NCBI RefSeq assembly: GCF_009914755.1
Contig: NC_060928.1
Length of the DNA stretch: 64,000 nucleotides
Direction: 5' to 3' (one strand)
Source: the human T2T-CHM13v2.0 reference genome, Homo sapiens
Positions 15,560 to 27,899 of the stretch are shown piece by piece. A program made the translations under genes and the position numbers. Within the stretch, counting starts at the first letter, position 1. Each line of letters opens with the position of its first letter. A model generated the notes under the pieces. That model did no database searches. It had not been told where the DNA came from and worked only from the letters and a program-made list of their open reading frames with translations.

Positions 15560-16450
15560 GCTCCATTTCCCAGGCTCCCTTGCTGTTAGCATTGGCAGTG
15601 TGACTGTGTTGACTCAGCTCTGGACAGTGGAATGTAGATGGAAGTGATGTACTCATTCCCTGATCTAATCCTTAAACACTTTCTGCACAAGCCTTCTCAG
15701 TTTCCTTGCCTCATCTGCTGGCTTGATGTCAATGGCCAGAGTTTGGAAGTCATGACTAGAAAATGGCAGAGCCTATGTCCACCTGCGACTCTGAATACAT
15801 TCCTTGAACAGACCCCTTGCTCTTACCAATTGAAATACATGTCACTGAAAAATAATCTTGCACAGCATTTAATCACTGAGGTTTCAGAATTTCTCTGTTG
15901 GAACACCTACCCTTGCCTTAATTAATATATCTTTCTAAAGCAGAAATTTGACCTGCTTAAAACCTTCTAATCTCTGCCTATCATCTTTGAGATCAGGTCC
16001 AGAGTTATCTGGCTCCGGCCCTATCAAACTCTCTAATCATTTATCTCACCATTAAAGTCACACATTTCACTTTCCAGTAACATCCAACTACACGTCAGTT
16101 CCCCCATTCCCCAGGATAGCTCATATACCTTTCTATCTATCCCTGACTAACTTCCTGGTGTTTGAAACACCCTTACTATTTTTTATCATAAACTTAGTTT
16201 ATATTAACCTTCAAAGATTAATTCAAGTGCCATCTACTCCAGGAAGCCCTCTCTTCCTCTCTCAATCCAGGCTAAGTTCCCCTCCCCTGAGTGCTTCCCT
16301 CTACCTCAATGTATCACAAATTATATTACAGTCCTGATAATGCAGCTCTCTGGTCTACCTGATAGGCTGCAAAGGAGCAGCACCAAGAGGGGTCTATGAC
16401 TTGTCCATCATGATATCCTGCCTCCTACCCTAGAGCCAGTATACTCTATA

Positions 16451-16781
16451 GAGTCACCCCTCAGTATCTGTGGGGAACTGGTTCCAGGATCCCCAGTGGA
16501 TACCAAAATTCACAGATGCTGAAGTTCCTTATACAAAATGCCATCGTATTTGCACATAACCTATGCATTCTCCTATATACTTTAAATAGTCACTAGTTTA
16601 CTTACATTACTTAAGACAATGTAAATTCTATGTAAATAGTTATTATATTGCATTGTTTAGGAAATAATGTCAAGGAAAAAAGTTTGTACAGACACAACCA
16701 TCCTTTATTTTTTCAAATATTTTTGATTCATGGTAGGCTGAATCCACGAATGTGGAACCCACAGATACAGAGGGCCAATGG
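16451..16781 (+). mobile_element. MER2 (TcMar-Tigger) DNA transposon
   Basis: Preceded by TA; terminal inverted repeats cccctcagtatctgtggg / cccacagatacagaggg; ggttccaggatcccc..ataccaaaattcacagatgct. Confidence 0.85.
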
Positions 16782-19749
16782 CATATGCTTATTGGATTGA
16801 AACCTTTCTCATTCCAGCTGACTTATGTCCTAGGCTAGTGATCTGCTTTCTTTGTTCACAAGGCTTCTTTGCTATGCAAAGGTACTCCAAGAAAGTTTTA
16901 ATCTTTTTTTTTATCTTTTTGGAATCTGTCTCTTTCATTTGGGTCATGTAAGTATGCCAGAGTTTACCAGTTTCAGGAAAATGGTAAATAGAGAGTGGGA
17001 TAGTAAGGAAACAACAGCCTCAGCATTCATTTCCCATCCCTAGTGCTGCTGCTATATGTAAGTCCTTACTCAGTTGGCATAGACCACCAAAAAATGAGTG
17101 ACGATGCTAGCAGCCCCCCGTCCTCTGTATCAGCTCAGCCACAGGGTTTCTGAGGCCACCACACTCAGTACTCAGCCCTCCCAGGCCCCCATGAAGGCAC
17201 CTCCTTCTAGGAACCCATCTTCCAGCTGGAGCAACTCACTGAACACTCCCACAACCATGCCCTTGACCCAGTCCCTGAAGACCTAACCAACTCACTGATT
17301 ATGCCTCCACTGTCTTCAAATCTTGAAAAAGTCCCTCTCTACTTTAGACTATACCTCAATGGGTCTGTACCTTCAAGCAAAAAAGAAAAATGTTGTGGGA
17401 TTAGAACTGAGTTGGGGAGAGGCTTGCCTGTTTCTTTCTTTTTTTTTTTCCCCCATCCTTGAAACTCAAAAAGGCTATTAACTTCTTTCATGAAGAGTAA
17501 AGAAAATTCAGATCTTAGTAACACAGACTTGTTAACTTTGCTAGGAGAGGAAGGAACGCCTTTCCTTCATTTCCAGTAACTCTATGGCATCAAATGAGAC
17601 ACAGATAAGTTTCTCAACCACCCTGCTACAGCGCCCATCATTTTGAATGCCTACTATGCCACTAGTGCTAACAAGGCCCTGTCCGTTGAGGAGTTCATGG
17701 CATGGTTGGGAAGCTAGATGACTAAATGCAAAACCAAAGTACAGTGCGTTAGGGCTGGGCTAGAAGGAGTTCAAGGTGTGTAGCAGATGCACAGAGCAGG
17801 CAACTAGCCCCACTTGGCAAATCAGAAGAGGCAACAGCAGAGCTGAGCCTTGGAGAACCAGGAGCAGTTGTCAGGTAAAGCAGGGAGGCATAGTAGAAGA
17901 GGTGTTTCTTGTTTCCTTTCCATTTACGCTATAAAAATATTCTTCCCCTTGTTAAATAGAGATGAAAGGGAAGCATTAAAGATCTTTAGTGTAAGCATGA
18001 CATGATGATGGGGCAAGCTGGACAGAAGCCAAACTGGAGGCAGGGGAACTAGTTCCAAGGCTCATTCTCTGCTTTCCTCCAGGATGAGCTGTCTGCTAAT
18101 TATCTCCTGCCCATGAAGCCACAGGCCCAGAGGCCCATAATGACACAGCACTGAGGGGTCCCTGCTTTTACTAGAATTATTCCTGATAAGCTTCACTTGA
18201 CAGAAGACTTGGCTTCCCCAGTCTCTGATTCTTTTGTAAATCCCCAGAATTCAACTAAGGTCTCTGCCCTGGAGCTTTTGTAAGCTGATCTCAAACCCAA
18301 AAACACCCCCCTTGACTGACAATCCTCTCAGGGTGGAACCAAGAAGAAAGATATTAGTCTAAAGGGAAAAACCCACAGAGGCATGGAGTTCCCCTTGGCT
18401 AAAGGAAAAAGCATGTGCACAGTGGTGTGGCTTAAAGAATGATAGTACTCCTTGACCTTCAAGGGTTGGGCTCAAGTTCATGGTTCTTTTAAGGCTGTCA
18501 GAAGCCACAGTGAGTCATAACGCTGTTTGTCCTGGGAGGAGGGAGGGTGATGGGGTGTGAGTCACAACGGAGAGAAGGACTCACTAGTATGGGGCTTGGG
18601 AAAGGCCCGTAATAGTGACGTCTTCCAGTGTCTTCTGAGTTCTCATGTTTCCTTTCAGACTTTGAGCTGGGCAAGGGGCGAAAAAGGGGACTATATGGTA
18701 GTCTCTTATTAATTAGAATGGATAACTAGAGAATAAGGGAAAAACTAACAAAAAAGGCCAGAGACAAGACTGGCCCTGGGGAATGTGAATTCCAGGTCAT
18801 TTATAAAATAATAATAATAAATCAAGGTTGTCTTTTGTCTTTCCTGCAAAAAAAATGTGACTTGGTAGCACCACGAGTGTATGAGTGATCTTGGGCCCAA
18901 ATCTGTCTGCATGGGATCCCTGTTCTGCCTCTCCTTAGACGTGTGATCATACGCAAGTCGTTGAATCTCTGTGGACATTAAGCAACATATTCTTGAACAA
19001 TTACTATGTTCTGGGCACTCGACTTGGTATCTTATTTGCATCATCTCAAATAATTCCATCCCTACTTTAAAACAATACATTCATTTCAGGGTTGTTGGGA
19101 GGATTAAAGGAGATAGCCCAGTGAAAGAGTCTAACTGCCTGGCACAATATAGGGATTAAATAGGTACCATGTCCCCTTAACCTGCTCCTTTTTAAGGAAG
19201 TGTGCCTATCTTGGGCGTTAGGCTTTCTATAAGCATGTTTACTTGAGTGTAGTTGAATTTATACATGTCTCCCTGGCAAAAGGGGAAAAAAATGCCTTTG
19301 ATTTTGGTCATTCTCGCACTGTATAGCTTTATGTGCATTTTTTCACCAACATTATCTTCACACACATCATTTTAATTATGATTTTGTTACCTGTGATATC
19401 TTACAACTATTAGCACAGAACATACTAGTGAAAAGCCAATCTGTTTAAGCAACAAAGAGAACTGGGAATAACTCTGTTTTTAATGTACCTATTCCCATGA
19501 GTTCTTGAAGTTAGGAAGAAACAGCTCCCCTGGCTTTGCTGCCCTGACCTTTGGGTTGTACAAATCAAGTCGGCTTGGCACAGGAAGCAGCACTCAAATC
19601 CAGATTCTAACAAACCGGAAGTGAGGTGGAGAGAGATAGGATAAGCCTCTCCTTCGGGCACCAGAGTTCTTAATTGAAGTAGGGATTCCTTGGGTAAATC
19701 TTGTATCTTACAGAAGATAAAATTATATAATAATTGAAAACTATAGCTC

Positions 19750-19965
19750 CCTAAGCTATGAGGATACAAAGGCACAAGAATAATATAATGGATTCTGGGG
19801 ACTTGCGGGGAAGCTTAGGAGGGGTTGAGGAACGAAAGACTGCATATTGGTTGCAGCGTACATTGCTTGGGTGATGGGTGCACCAAAATCTCAGAAATCA
19901 CACCTAAATAACTTACCCATGCAACCAAACACCTCCTGATCCCCAGAAACTATTGATAAAAAAAG
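19750..19965 (+). mobile_element. L1PB-like 3' UTR end
   Basis: ctaagctatgaggatacaaaggcacaagaat ... gggtgatgggtgcaccaaaatctcagaaatcac. Confidence 0.85.
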
Positions 19966-19974
19966 CCAAAATAT

Positions 19975-20180
19975 GAACAAACCCTAATGTAAACTATGGA
20001 CTTTAGTTGATTATGATACATCAATGTAGGTGCATCAATTGTAGCAAATGTATCACTCTGGTGAGGGATGTTAATAATTGAGGAAGCTGTGGTTTGTGGG
20101 GGTAGGAGAGATATGGGAAATATCTGTACCTTCCTCTCAAATTTGCTGTGAAACTAAAACGCCTCTAAAAAAAAAAGAAA
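19975..20180 (+). mobile_element. L1MC-like 3' end
   Basis: aaccctaatgtaaactatggacttt...atatgggaaatatctgtacc..tttgctgtgaa, followed by an A tail. Confidence 0.8.
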
Positions 20181-20317
20181 ACATATATATAAAAAAAGAT
20201 ATGGCTTGGTAGCATCACATAAAATTTAGTATTCGACCCAAGATTAGAGCCTTCTTTGGCTCCTTCGGATCAATAGCTTAACCCATATAGGAGTTATCAA
20301 GCCTTCATACAAGAAAA

Positions 20318-20364
20318 ATATATATATACACACACACGTATAAAATATATTTATATAAACAACT

Positions 20365-20412
<48 letters not shown>
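20318..20412. repeat. (TA)n/(CA)n microsatellite
   Basis: Read directly from the sequence. Confidence 0.95.
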
Positions 20413-20414
<2 letters not shown>

Positions 20415-21419
20415 CTACATCTCCCTAAAAGCTGGGATTGTGGAATTGCTTTTGTTGAATTATCCATGGATTAATAGTACATAGAAATTGCTCTGAAAAT
20501 TACTAATAAATGAAGGAAGGAAGGAGAGAGAAGACTGAATTTCAACTACACAGGACCTTTGCTAATTCCTGTCTGTCCAAGAACTAAGAGAGATATAAGA
20601 ACATTGGCTTGGCAATCAGACTTTCCTTGGGTAAAATCCAGGCTCTGCCACTAATCATCTCTGACTAAGGCATGTCACCTCTCTAGGCCTCCATGTCCTC
20701 ATCTGTAAAACTGGGATATTAATACCTCTGTAGTGTGTAGGATTATATCATCACTCAATTGATTGATAGATAATAGATTATTCATACGAGAGTATCCAGC
20801 ACGATGTCTGGTACACAACCTGCACACTCAATGCTTTTTTCCCAAAGTTCCTAAAATGGGAAAAACTTCATCCTTTTTATTTCCTCTACATCTCCCTCTT
20901 ATTTTTCCCTATTATAGAAGACTTATGCTGTATGTGCAACTAAATAAAAAAAAAAATTTGAGAAAAAGTTAAGACCCTATCAGAAATTTAAGACTTCTTT
21001 ACCAAAGAAGGAATTGTTTCTCCTTCTCTTTCTGGCTCCTCCTCCTCCTCTACCTCCTCCCCCTTCTTCATGCATTCATTAGAGTAGTTATGTCTGTTCA
21101 CAGACCCCCTAAGGTAAACTGGAATAATGGGCAGCTTACGGAAGCAGGTTAATACAAAGGGTTAGGGACCTGGGTTCTGGAGCAGATAGCCTAGGCTTGA
21201 CTCTTGGTACTGCAAGCAATTAGTTTTGTGATTCCTGATAAATTAATTAACTTCTCTGTGTCTCAGTTGCTTCATCTGTAAAATAGAGGCATTAACATTT
21301 ACCTCCTAAAGTTGTTAACTGTTGACATAAGTAAAGCACTTAGAATAATGGCTGGCTCATAGTAAACTCTCACTGAATCTCATATCTTTATTGCTGATCT
21401 AATTTTGGAGATAAATATG

Positions 21420-21529
21420 TAGGCTCAGAGAGACTATGACTTACCCAAGGTCACACAGCAAGAAGTAACAGCAGATCTTACATCGTCTGCCTCAGCTCTC
21501 TCTTCCTTTTCCACCACACTGCAAAGGAA
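21420..21529 (+). repeat. Copy 1 (likely donor) of a 110-bp dispersed direct repeat, MIR-derived
   Basis: 104/110 identical to 23506-23615. Confidence 0.93.
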
Positions 21530-21918
21530 AGAAGGTTTATTGTGACGTCTGTAAGCAAAGACAGCCTTGAGAGCCAATATGAATTATGTGCAGCTTTAAC
21601 ACTAGATTGCTTGTAAGTTCCCAGAGCAAGGAGCTCATCTTAATCCACTTGATATTCCTAGTACCCACACAGCATCTGGGACAGAGTAAACACCAAGGGA
21701 ATATTGGAGGAATGAATGAATAAAAAACATCAATGAGAAAATAGGGGTTGGGAATTATAATACTATTGGGAATTTTAGACTCTGATGAGTGAACCAGGTC
21801 CTGCCCATTAGTGGAGGTGTATGGAGGTGGGGAGGAGATGAAGGGGCATTTAGATTTCTAAGGGAAAGGAGGAACAAACAGACCCACCCTTAGAAAATGC
21901 AGCTCAGGTATTTCAAAC

Positions 21919-22435
21919 ACCTAATGTAAATGATGAGTTACTGGGTGCAGCAAACCAACACGGCACATGTATAGATATGTAACAGACCTGCACGTTGTGC
22001 ACATGTACCCTAGAACTTAGAGTATAATAATAAAAAAAAAGAAAATGTGGTACATATACACCATGGAATACCATGCATCCATAAAAAGGAATGAGATCAC
22101 GTCCTTTGCAGGGACATAGATGGAGCTGAAAGCCATTATCCTCAGCTAACTAATGCAGGAACAGAAAACCAAATACCGCACGTTCTCACTTGTAAGTGGG
22201 AGCTGAACAATGAGAACACAGGGACACAGAGAGGGGAACAACAAACACTGGGGCCTCTGGGGGGTGTAGGGGGAGGGAGAACATCAGGATAAATAGCTAA
22301 TGCATGTGGGGCTTAATACCTAGGTGATGCGTTGATATGTGCAGCAAGTCACCATAGCACATGTTTACCTATGTAACAAACGTACATGTCCTGCACATGC
22401 ATCCTGGAACTTAAAAGAAAAAAAGAAAAGAAAAA
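21919..22435 (+). mobile_element. Composite L1 insertion: L1PA4-6-like 3' tip (21919-22040) plus older L1PA8-11-like 3' end (about 22039-22435)
   Basis: Two successive L1 3' UTR termini, each with an A-rich tail; shared 20-bp TSD agaaaatg(c/t)agctcaggtat at 21892-21911 and 22436-22455. Confidence 0.9.
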
Positions 22436-23505
22436 AGAAAATGTAGCTCAGGTATAATCTATTGGAAGGGAGCGGGGCACACTGTCTTTGATTTGGGAGA
22501 TCAAGCCTATTAAGGGGTGTGTCCTGGAAGAGGGGCAGTATATTATTGAACTTACTGCTTCCTATAAGACCTCACCCCTGACTAATCCCCTTCTCCAAAC
22601 CCCACTTCTGCCCAAGCTTGGAAGGAAATGGCTTGGTAGAAAATGAGCAGAAATAAAATGGCTGGTGAGGAGGAGCAATTGCCAGAGTTGCCCTAGTGAG
22701 GAGAGGTCTTTTCATGGAAATAGCTAAGTTCTCTTCTCAGGCGAAGCTGTAGTAACCATCATATTTGTGACTCACAAGGCATATTCCTGTCTGCGATCTC
22801 ACTGGAGCCCCTCAAGACTGCTACAAGGTAGGAAAGGTAGAGTCTATTAGCCTCGTCTCACAGGTGTGAACACTGAGGACCACAGAGCAAGGCAAAGCTG
22901 CCCCAGGTCACTGAGGGAGTTGGGGTCAGGAGCAGGCCCTGACACAAGAATCAAATTCATACCCTGGCCTCCCCATCTAACTCATTCAGGTTCTAGATTG
23001 CACACATGGCAAGTTCCATGCCCAGGGGCCTAGACGGTTCACAGGATGCCTCCCCCAGCCTTATACCGCCATCCACACAATCCAGGTTTGAGAGTCAGAG
23101 ATGGATTCTGGGTCTCTGTCTCTCAGAGCTGGCAGGAGTCTTGTTTGAGCCACTAATGTGATAGCCCTTTGTAAACTTTTGTCAGTCTGGGTATTACAAG
23201 TGGTCAGCAGGATAGATTGTGGCAGCTGCCTGCATTCAGTCCACAGTTGGCCCCAAACTGACTGTATGGCCTTGGGCAAGTTACTTAATCTCTCAGGGCA
23301 TCAGTTTCCTCATCTTTATAATGGAGATAATCATAGCGGATTTTGACTTTATTTAAAGATTTCTCTAAGCAGTTCAAAATTTCCATGATAGATTGGAATG
23401 CCCCATCAGGTGATGAGTCCCCATCACTAGAAGTTTCCCAAGAGGCTGGTGAATGCAAGCATCTGGATTTAGGGAGAACACTGTAAGGCTGAAGCAAGCA
23501 CTGGA

Positions 23506-23615
23506 TAGGCTCAGAGAGGCTATGACTTACCCAAGGTAACACAGCAAGAAGTAAGAGCAGATCTTTCATCGTCTGCCTCAGCTCTCTCTTCCTTCTCCAC
23601 CACACTGTAAAGGAA
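23506..23615 (+). repeat. Copy 2 (likely inserted) of the 110-bp dispersed direct repeat
   Basis: 104/110 identical to 21420-21529. Confidence 0.93.
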
Positions 23616-23773
23616 GGGAGATGGGCTCACCAGTTCCCAATCTCCCAACTAACTTAGAATCACCCAAGGGATATTTAGAAAATGCAGTTCCATTGGCCCC
23701 ACTCCTGGGTATTCTGATTGCAAACATTTCAGATGGAGCTCAGAAACCTGGGTTATTCTTAGGAGTACCCAGG

Positions 23774-24234
23774 TGTATTGGCTTGCTAGTGCTGTTGTAA
23801 CAAAGTATCACAAACAAGGCGGTTTAAACAACAGAAATGTGTTGTCTTATGGTTCTGGAAGCTAGAAGTGGGAGACCAAAGTGTAGATAGAGTTGGTTCC
23901 TTCTGAAAGCCATAAGGGAAAATCTGTTCCACGGCTCCCTTCTAGGACCTGGTGGTTCCCATCAGTCTTTGGCTCTCCTTGTCTTGAAGACGCATTACCC
24001 TGATCTCTGCCTTCATCTTCATATTAGATTCTCCTTGTGTTCATGTCTGTCTCTGTGTCTCAATTTCCTCTTTTTATATGAACACAGTCACGTTGGATTT
24101 GGGTCCATCCATTCTAACGGCCTCATCTTAACTTGATCAGCTGTAAAGACCCTATTTTCAGATAAGGTCACATTCACAGGTTCTGTGGACTGGGACTTCA
24201 ACATCATTTTGAAGAACACAATTCAACCCATAAC
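23774..24234 (-). mobile_element. MaLR LTR (MLT1C/D-like) inserted in a MER5-like element
   Basis: tgtattggcttgctagtgctgttgtaacaaagtatcacaaac ... cacaattcaacccataac; MER5-like flanks at 23640-23773 and 24235-24260. Confidence 0.8.
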
Positions 24235-24739
24235 TTCAGCCAGGGTTAAGAATCAGTGCTGTTGACCAGAGCTTTTTCAAATGGAGTGTACCCAGGAACC
24301 TCCAGGAGATCCTAGAAAACAGCAGGTTCTGACTCGGTGGCTCTGCGGGCCCTGAGTCTGCTTTTTGAACTGGAGATACTGTTGGAGCAGGTCCAGGGAC
24401 CACAACGAGATCCTTTTCAAGACAAGATTCCTACAAAACCCAGAAATGATTGCCAAGCAAATAGAAGCTCTTTGCTCCATTTCTCTAGTGAAAAGAACTG
24501 CCTTTATTCTTTTTAATCTCCACCTGCAAGTAGAACTCAGATCCTTCATGCCTGTCCCGGAGGAGGAGCCCAGGAGGGGCACCCATCCTAAGGTGGAAAG
24601 AAAGGATTGGGCTCTCAAGCTTTGGAAGAAGTTTCCCTCATCCTTATCCTCCCTACCCCAGCTTTGACCTGTTTAATCTTGTCTATTCAGTCATTTTCTC
24701 ATTCTTGTCGTTTTGTACTGTCCTCCCCCTGCCCCACCC

Positions 24740-25200
24740 AACGCCCACCCCCAACGCCATCATCTGTTAGCCCAGCTCAGCCTGAGCGCGGGTGGGTGCA
24801 GCTGGCTCCCAGGAAGTGACCGCCGTCAGGTCACCTGCGCCGGCCAAGTCACAGGCCAGAACCTCGCAGCCCAGCAAGGCCAGCCCGAGTCGCGAAGAAG
24901 TCCAGCCTCGCCCCTGGAGCCAATCTGCAGCCGCCGGCGGGGAAGGTGCGCCCCGCCCCCGCACGCGCCGCCCCAGGCCGGGGTAATCGCGTCCACAATG
25001 GAGTGCGCAAAGCCGGGTACAAAGACGACAGCTGCGTGGCAGGGCCTGCGAGGCCGTAGCAGAGGGGCAGCCACCCGCGCCTTGCAGCCTCCTTAATTTA
25101 TTTATAGATGCGCTCGCTCTTTATGTGGCCTAGTTAAGGACGCCTTTCCATAAATACATAGAAACGGATGTTATTCTAGAGCCCACCAATAATAGACACA
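24740..25200. promoter_or_regulatory. CpG island with promoter/enhancer-like motifs
   Basis: Only dense CpG cluster in the window; ETS aggaagtg at 24811, CCAAT at 24920, GC boxes at 24951 and 24968, minus-strand TATAAATA at 25099-25106. Confidence 0.75.
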
Positions 25201-27899
25201 GCTGTAGAGGTTGGTGCTGAAATTAACAGCCCCACCTTGCTGTCCCCCCAAAATGGAAAATAAAATTAAAAGCATGTGTTTTGATTTGGCTTGGGTATAT
25301 GCAAGTGAGTAATCCTATTTAACAATGAGATGTTTCTTTTAAAACGAAGGAAGAATGTCTTAGCAAACAACATTTTGGAGCAAGGCTATACCTTCGCTAA
25401 TCAAAGTTGCCTTGTATCTGGCCCGCGACTCTCACCCTTAACTAGGAGCATCTGTTTAACCCAAACACAATCCTCTTCTTCCCCAGGCCACACGTGGTTC
25501 ATTTCTTCACAAAATATGATTTGCCAAACACAATTCCGGTTCTTTCTGATCCACCCACTTGTTTGGGGCGTTGGCCCTATAACCGCTCTTTGGAGTCTAG
25601 GGGCTCAGAAAGAATCAAATCATTACTAAGCTGTGAAAGCGTCTCCAGCCTGTATCCCTTTGTTATTTCTCCCAGTTTGTTCGACAGACCCTTAATTCTA
25701 TTATCTGGTTGTAATTTGGTTCTGTGTCTCTCCAACATTCTTTCCTTTATTCTGCCCTCTTTCTTTGTAATCGATTGACTCATCTGTAATTGGATTTTCT
25801 CTGGCTCTTACCAGCTATTAAAAGTAGCTATGTGTGTGTGTATGTGAGTGAGTGTGCTTTCTAACTAGGCCACACTTTCCAACGCCTTGCAATCTTTAAT
25901 CTTGCTCCGAGTTTCTAAGTATGAATTCAATTCCCTGATTCCTTGTGAGGCGTCAGGGAGTTGCAGAAAGGATACAAGCTTTAGAAGCAGTTTGGTCTCA
26001 TTTGTTGTGTTTAAGGCTGACATTTATCAAGCTCATACTATGTGCCAGGCATTCTTCCAAGCACTTTACAGGCATTAATAATCCTTACACCTCCTTTTAG
26101 GGCAGATACTCTTATTACTCCATTTTACAGAAAGCAAGGAGACAAATGGGCTAAGAAACTTGCCAAGGTCAGAGCTTTTGAACACGATGCAATTTTTCTA
26201 AGTTCTCTTCATTTCGTATCTGGGTGACCTTGGGCACAGCTTCTTATTTCTGCCTCTGTTTCCACATCTGCAAAATGACTAAATGTTGGTTTCTCTCACA
26301 GGGCATTTGTTAGAATGTACTGAGGGCACAGTGCCTGGTTGTCAGTGGGGATTAAACACACAGTCAATCCCAGCGCTGGGACAATGCAAGGGAGTCCAGT
26401 AACCCCTGAGCTGTGTATTAGAGCAAAGACTAAATAAGGGAACCCTGGGAGCAAGAGTACAGAAATAGAGCACTGCTCTTAGACGCTTATAAAGCCACTA
26501 CAGTCTTTGCTTTAGAGGAACTCAAACAGGAACCAAGCAGATCACTTTAGAGAATCATTAGAAAGATTCTGCTGCTGACAAGCAATGCAATTTTTGAGAG
26601 TCACTTCCTCTCTGGAGCCTCCGGGTTTCCCAAATGTAAAAGGATGGGGGGAGATGGCTGATCACTGAGATCTCTTCTGTAACTATCTCTGGGGACAGGT
26701 TTGGTGCTGTTACCTCAAGGCTGGATCAACCCTGCCACAGCAAGTGAGTGCTTACACACTTCTTAGCTTCATGTCATAGAATTCTTTAGCTGACACCACA
26801 AATGCATAAAGTAGATACTCTTATCTTCATTGCACAGATGGAGAAACTGAGCCACAGAGTCACCAAGTAACTTGCCCAAAGTGGCATGGAAGTATTAGGA
26901 CAAAGATTCAAACCTTGTTCTCTCCACTAAGGCCCAGCCCTGCCCATTTCTCGTGTGGTTCTAAGGTAAAGATAGAGATGGGGTGGTGCAGACTGCAGGT
27001 GGTGAGTTAGGCACTGGGAAGGAATAAATGACTAAGGAACAATGGACGTGCCAGACCGACACCACGAGTAGCTTGTTACTTGACCATCATTTACTTTGTG
27101 TAAACTTATGACATCCATTTTTTAAACAATCTAATAGATGATTTTGCAAGGCTGTGGAATGACATAATGAATACGAAACACTTAGCATACATAACACCTG
27201 GGCCTCATAGTCTCATAACTCTCCAATCATGTGAAGTATTATAATAATTATTATTGGAATGAATGTTTAAATACAGTCTGTGTGTGCAAAGGTATACAGG
27301 GATTTTAAATATAATTACCAGATTTTTTATATCAGATTAAGATCTATTTTTTTAAGTCAAACTTTCAAAATCAGTCCTAAAAATTATAAACAGAATTGGT
27401 TCCACCTCACACGCCTCTCTCTACCAGGTCCTCATGCTGTTCAGGGGGACACAAAACCCAATTTTGACTGTCACTCAAGGGGTGCGGTGAGGAATTAACC
27501 TCTACTGCAAAACTGCAGAGTAGTATAATTTCATAACTTCAAACATCTGGCAAACTCCACAGGTAGTATTTGCAAAAGCAATTTTGCAATGACCGCTTTT
27601 GTTATCGCTTAAGTCTTTTTGAGTTTTCCTTGGGAAATCTCCAACGTTTAACATTCTGCAGATTTAGAGATTTAATTCTCAATTGTCCCAAAACCGCATG
27701 ATCCCAAATGTAACACTCCTTTTCAGATTTAAACAACATGTGTGTATTAACCTTGACAGCTCAAAAATATAACCTAATTGGACCACAGTTGTATAGACTG
27801 ATCATTATAGTATTGTTTGAAATAATAAATAGCTGTAAGCAACTTACATATCCAACTATGAAGAGCTGACTCAATAGCTCATGGCATCTTAACAGTACT

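Larger units (their letters stand above)
14680..15930 (+). mobile_element. ERVL LTR (LTR33/LTR16-like) split by a nested ERV1 LTR; pieces at 14680-14745 and 15560-15930
   Basis: ...ggcta|gctccatttcccaggctcccttgctgttag rejoins a typical LTR33/16 motif. Confidence 0.6.

Noticed and set aside
24713-25096. Overlapping ORFs in the CpG island
   Set aside because: Stop codons are rare in GC-rich DNA, ORFs are open in several frames on both strands, and there is no recognisable domain.
26368-26381. Perfect 14-bp palindrome tcccagcgctggga
   Set aside because: A few 7-bp-arm palindromes are expected by chance in 64 kb (64000/4^7 is about 4).
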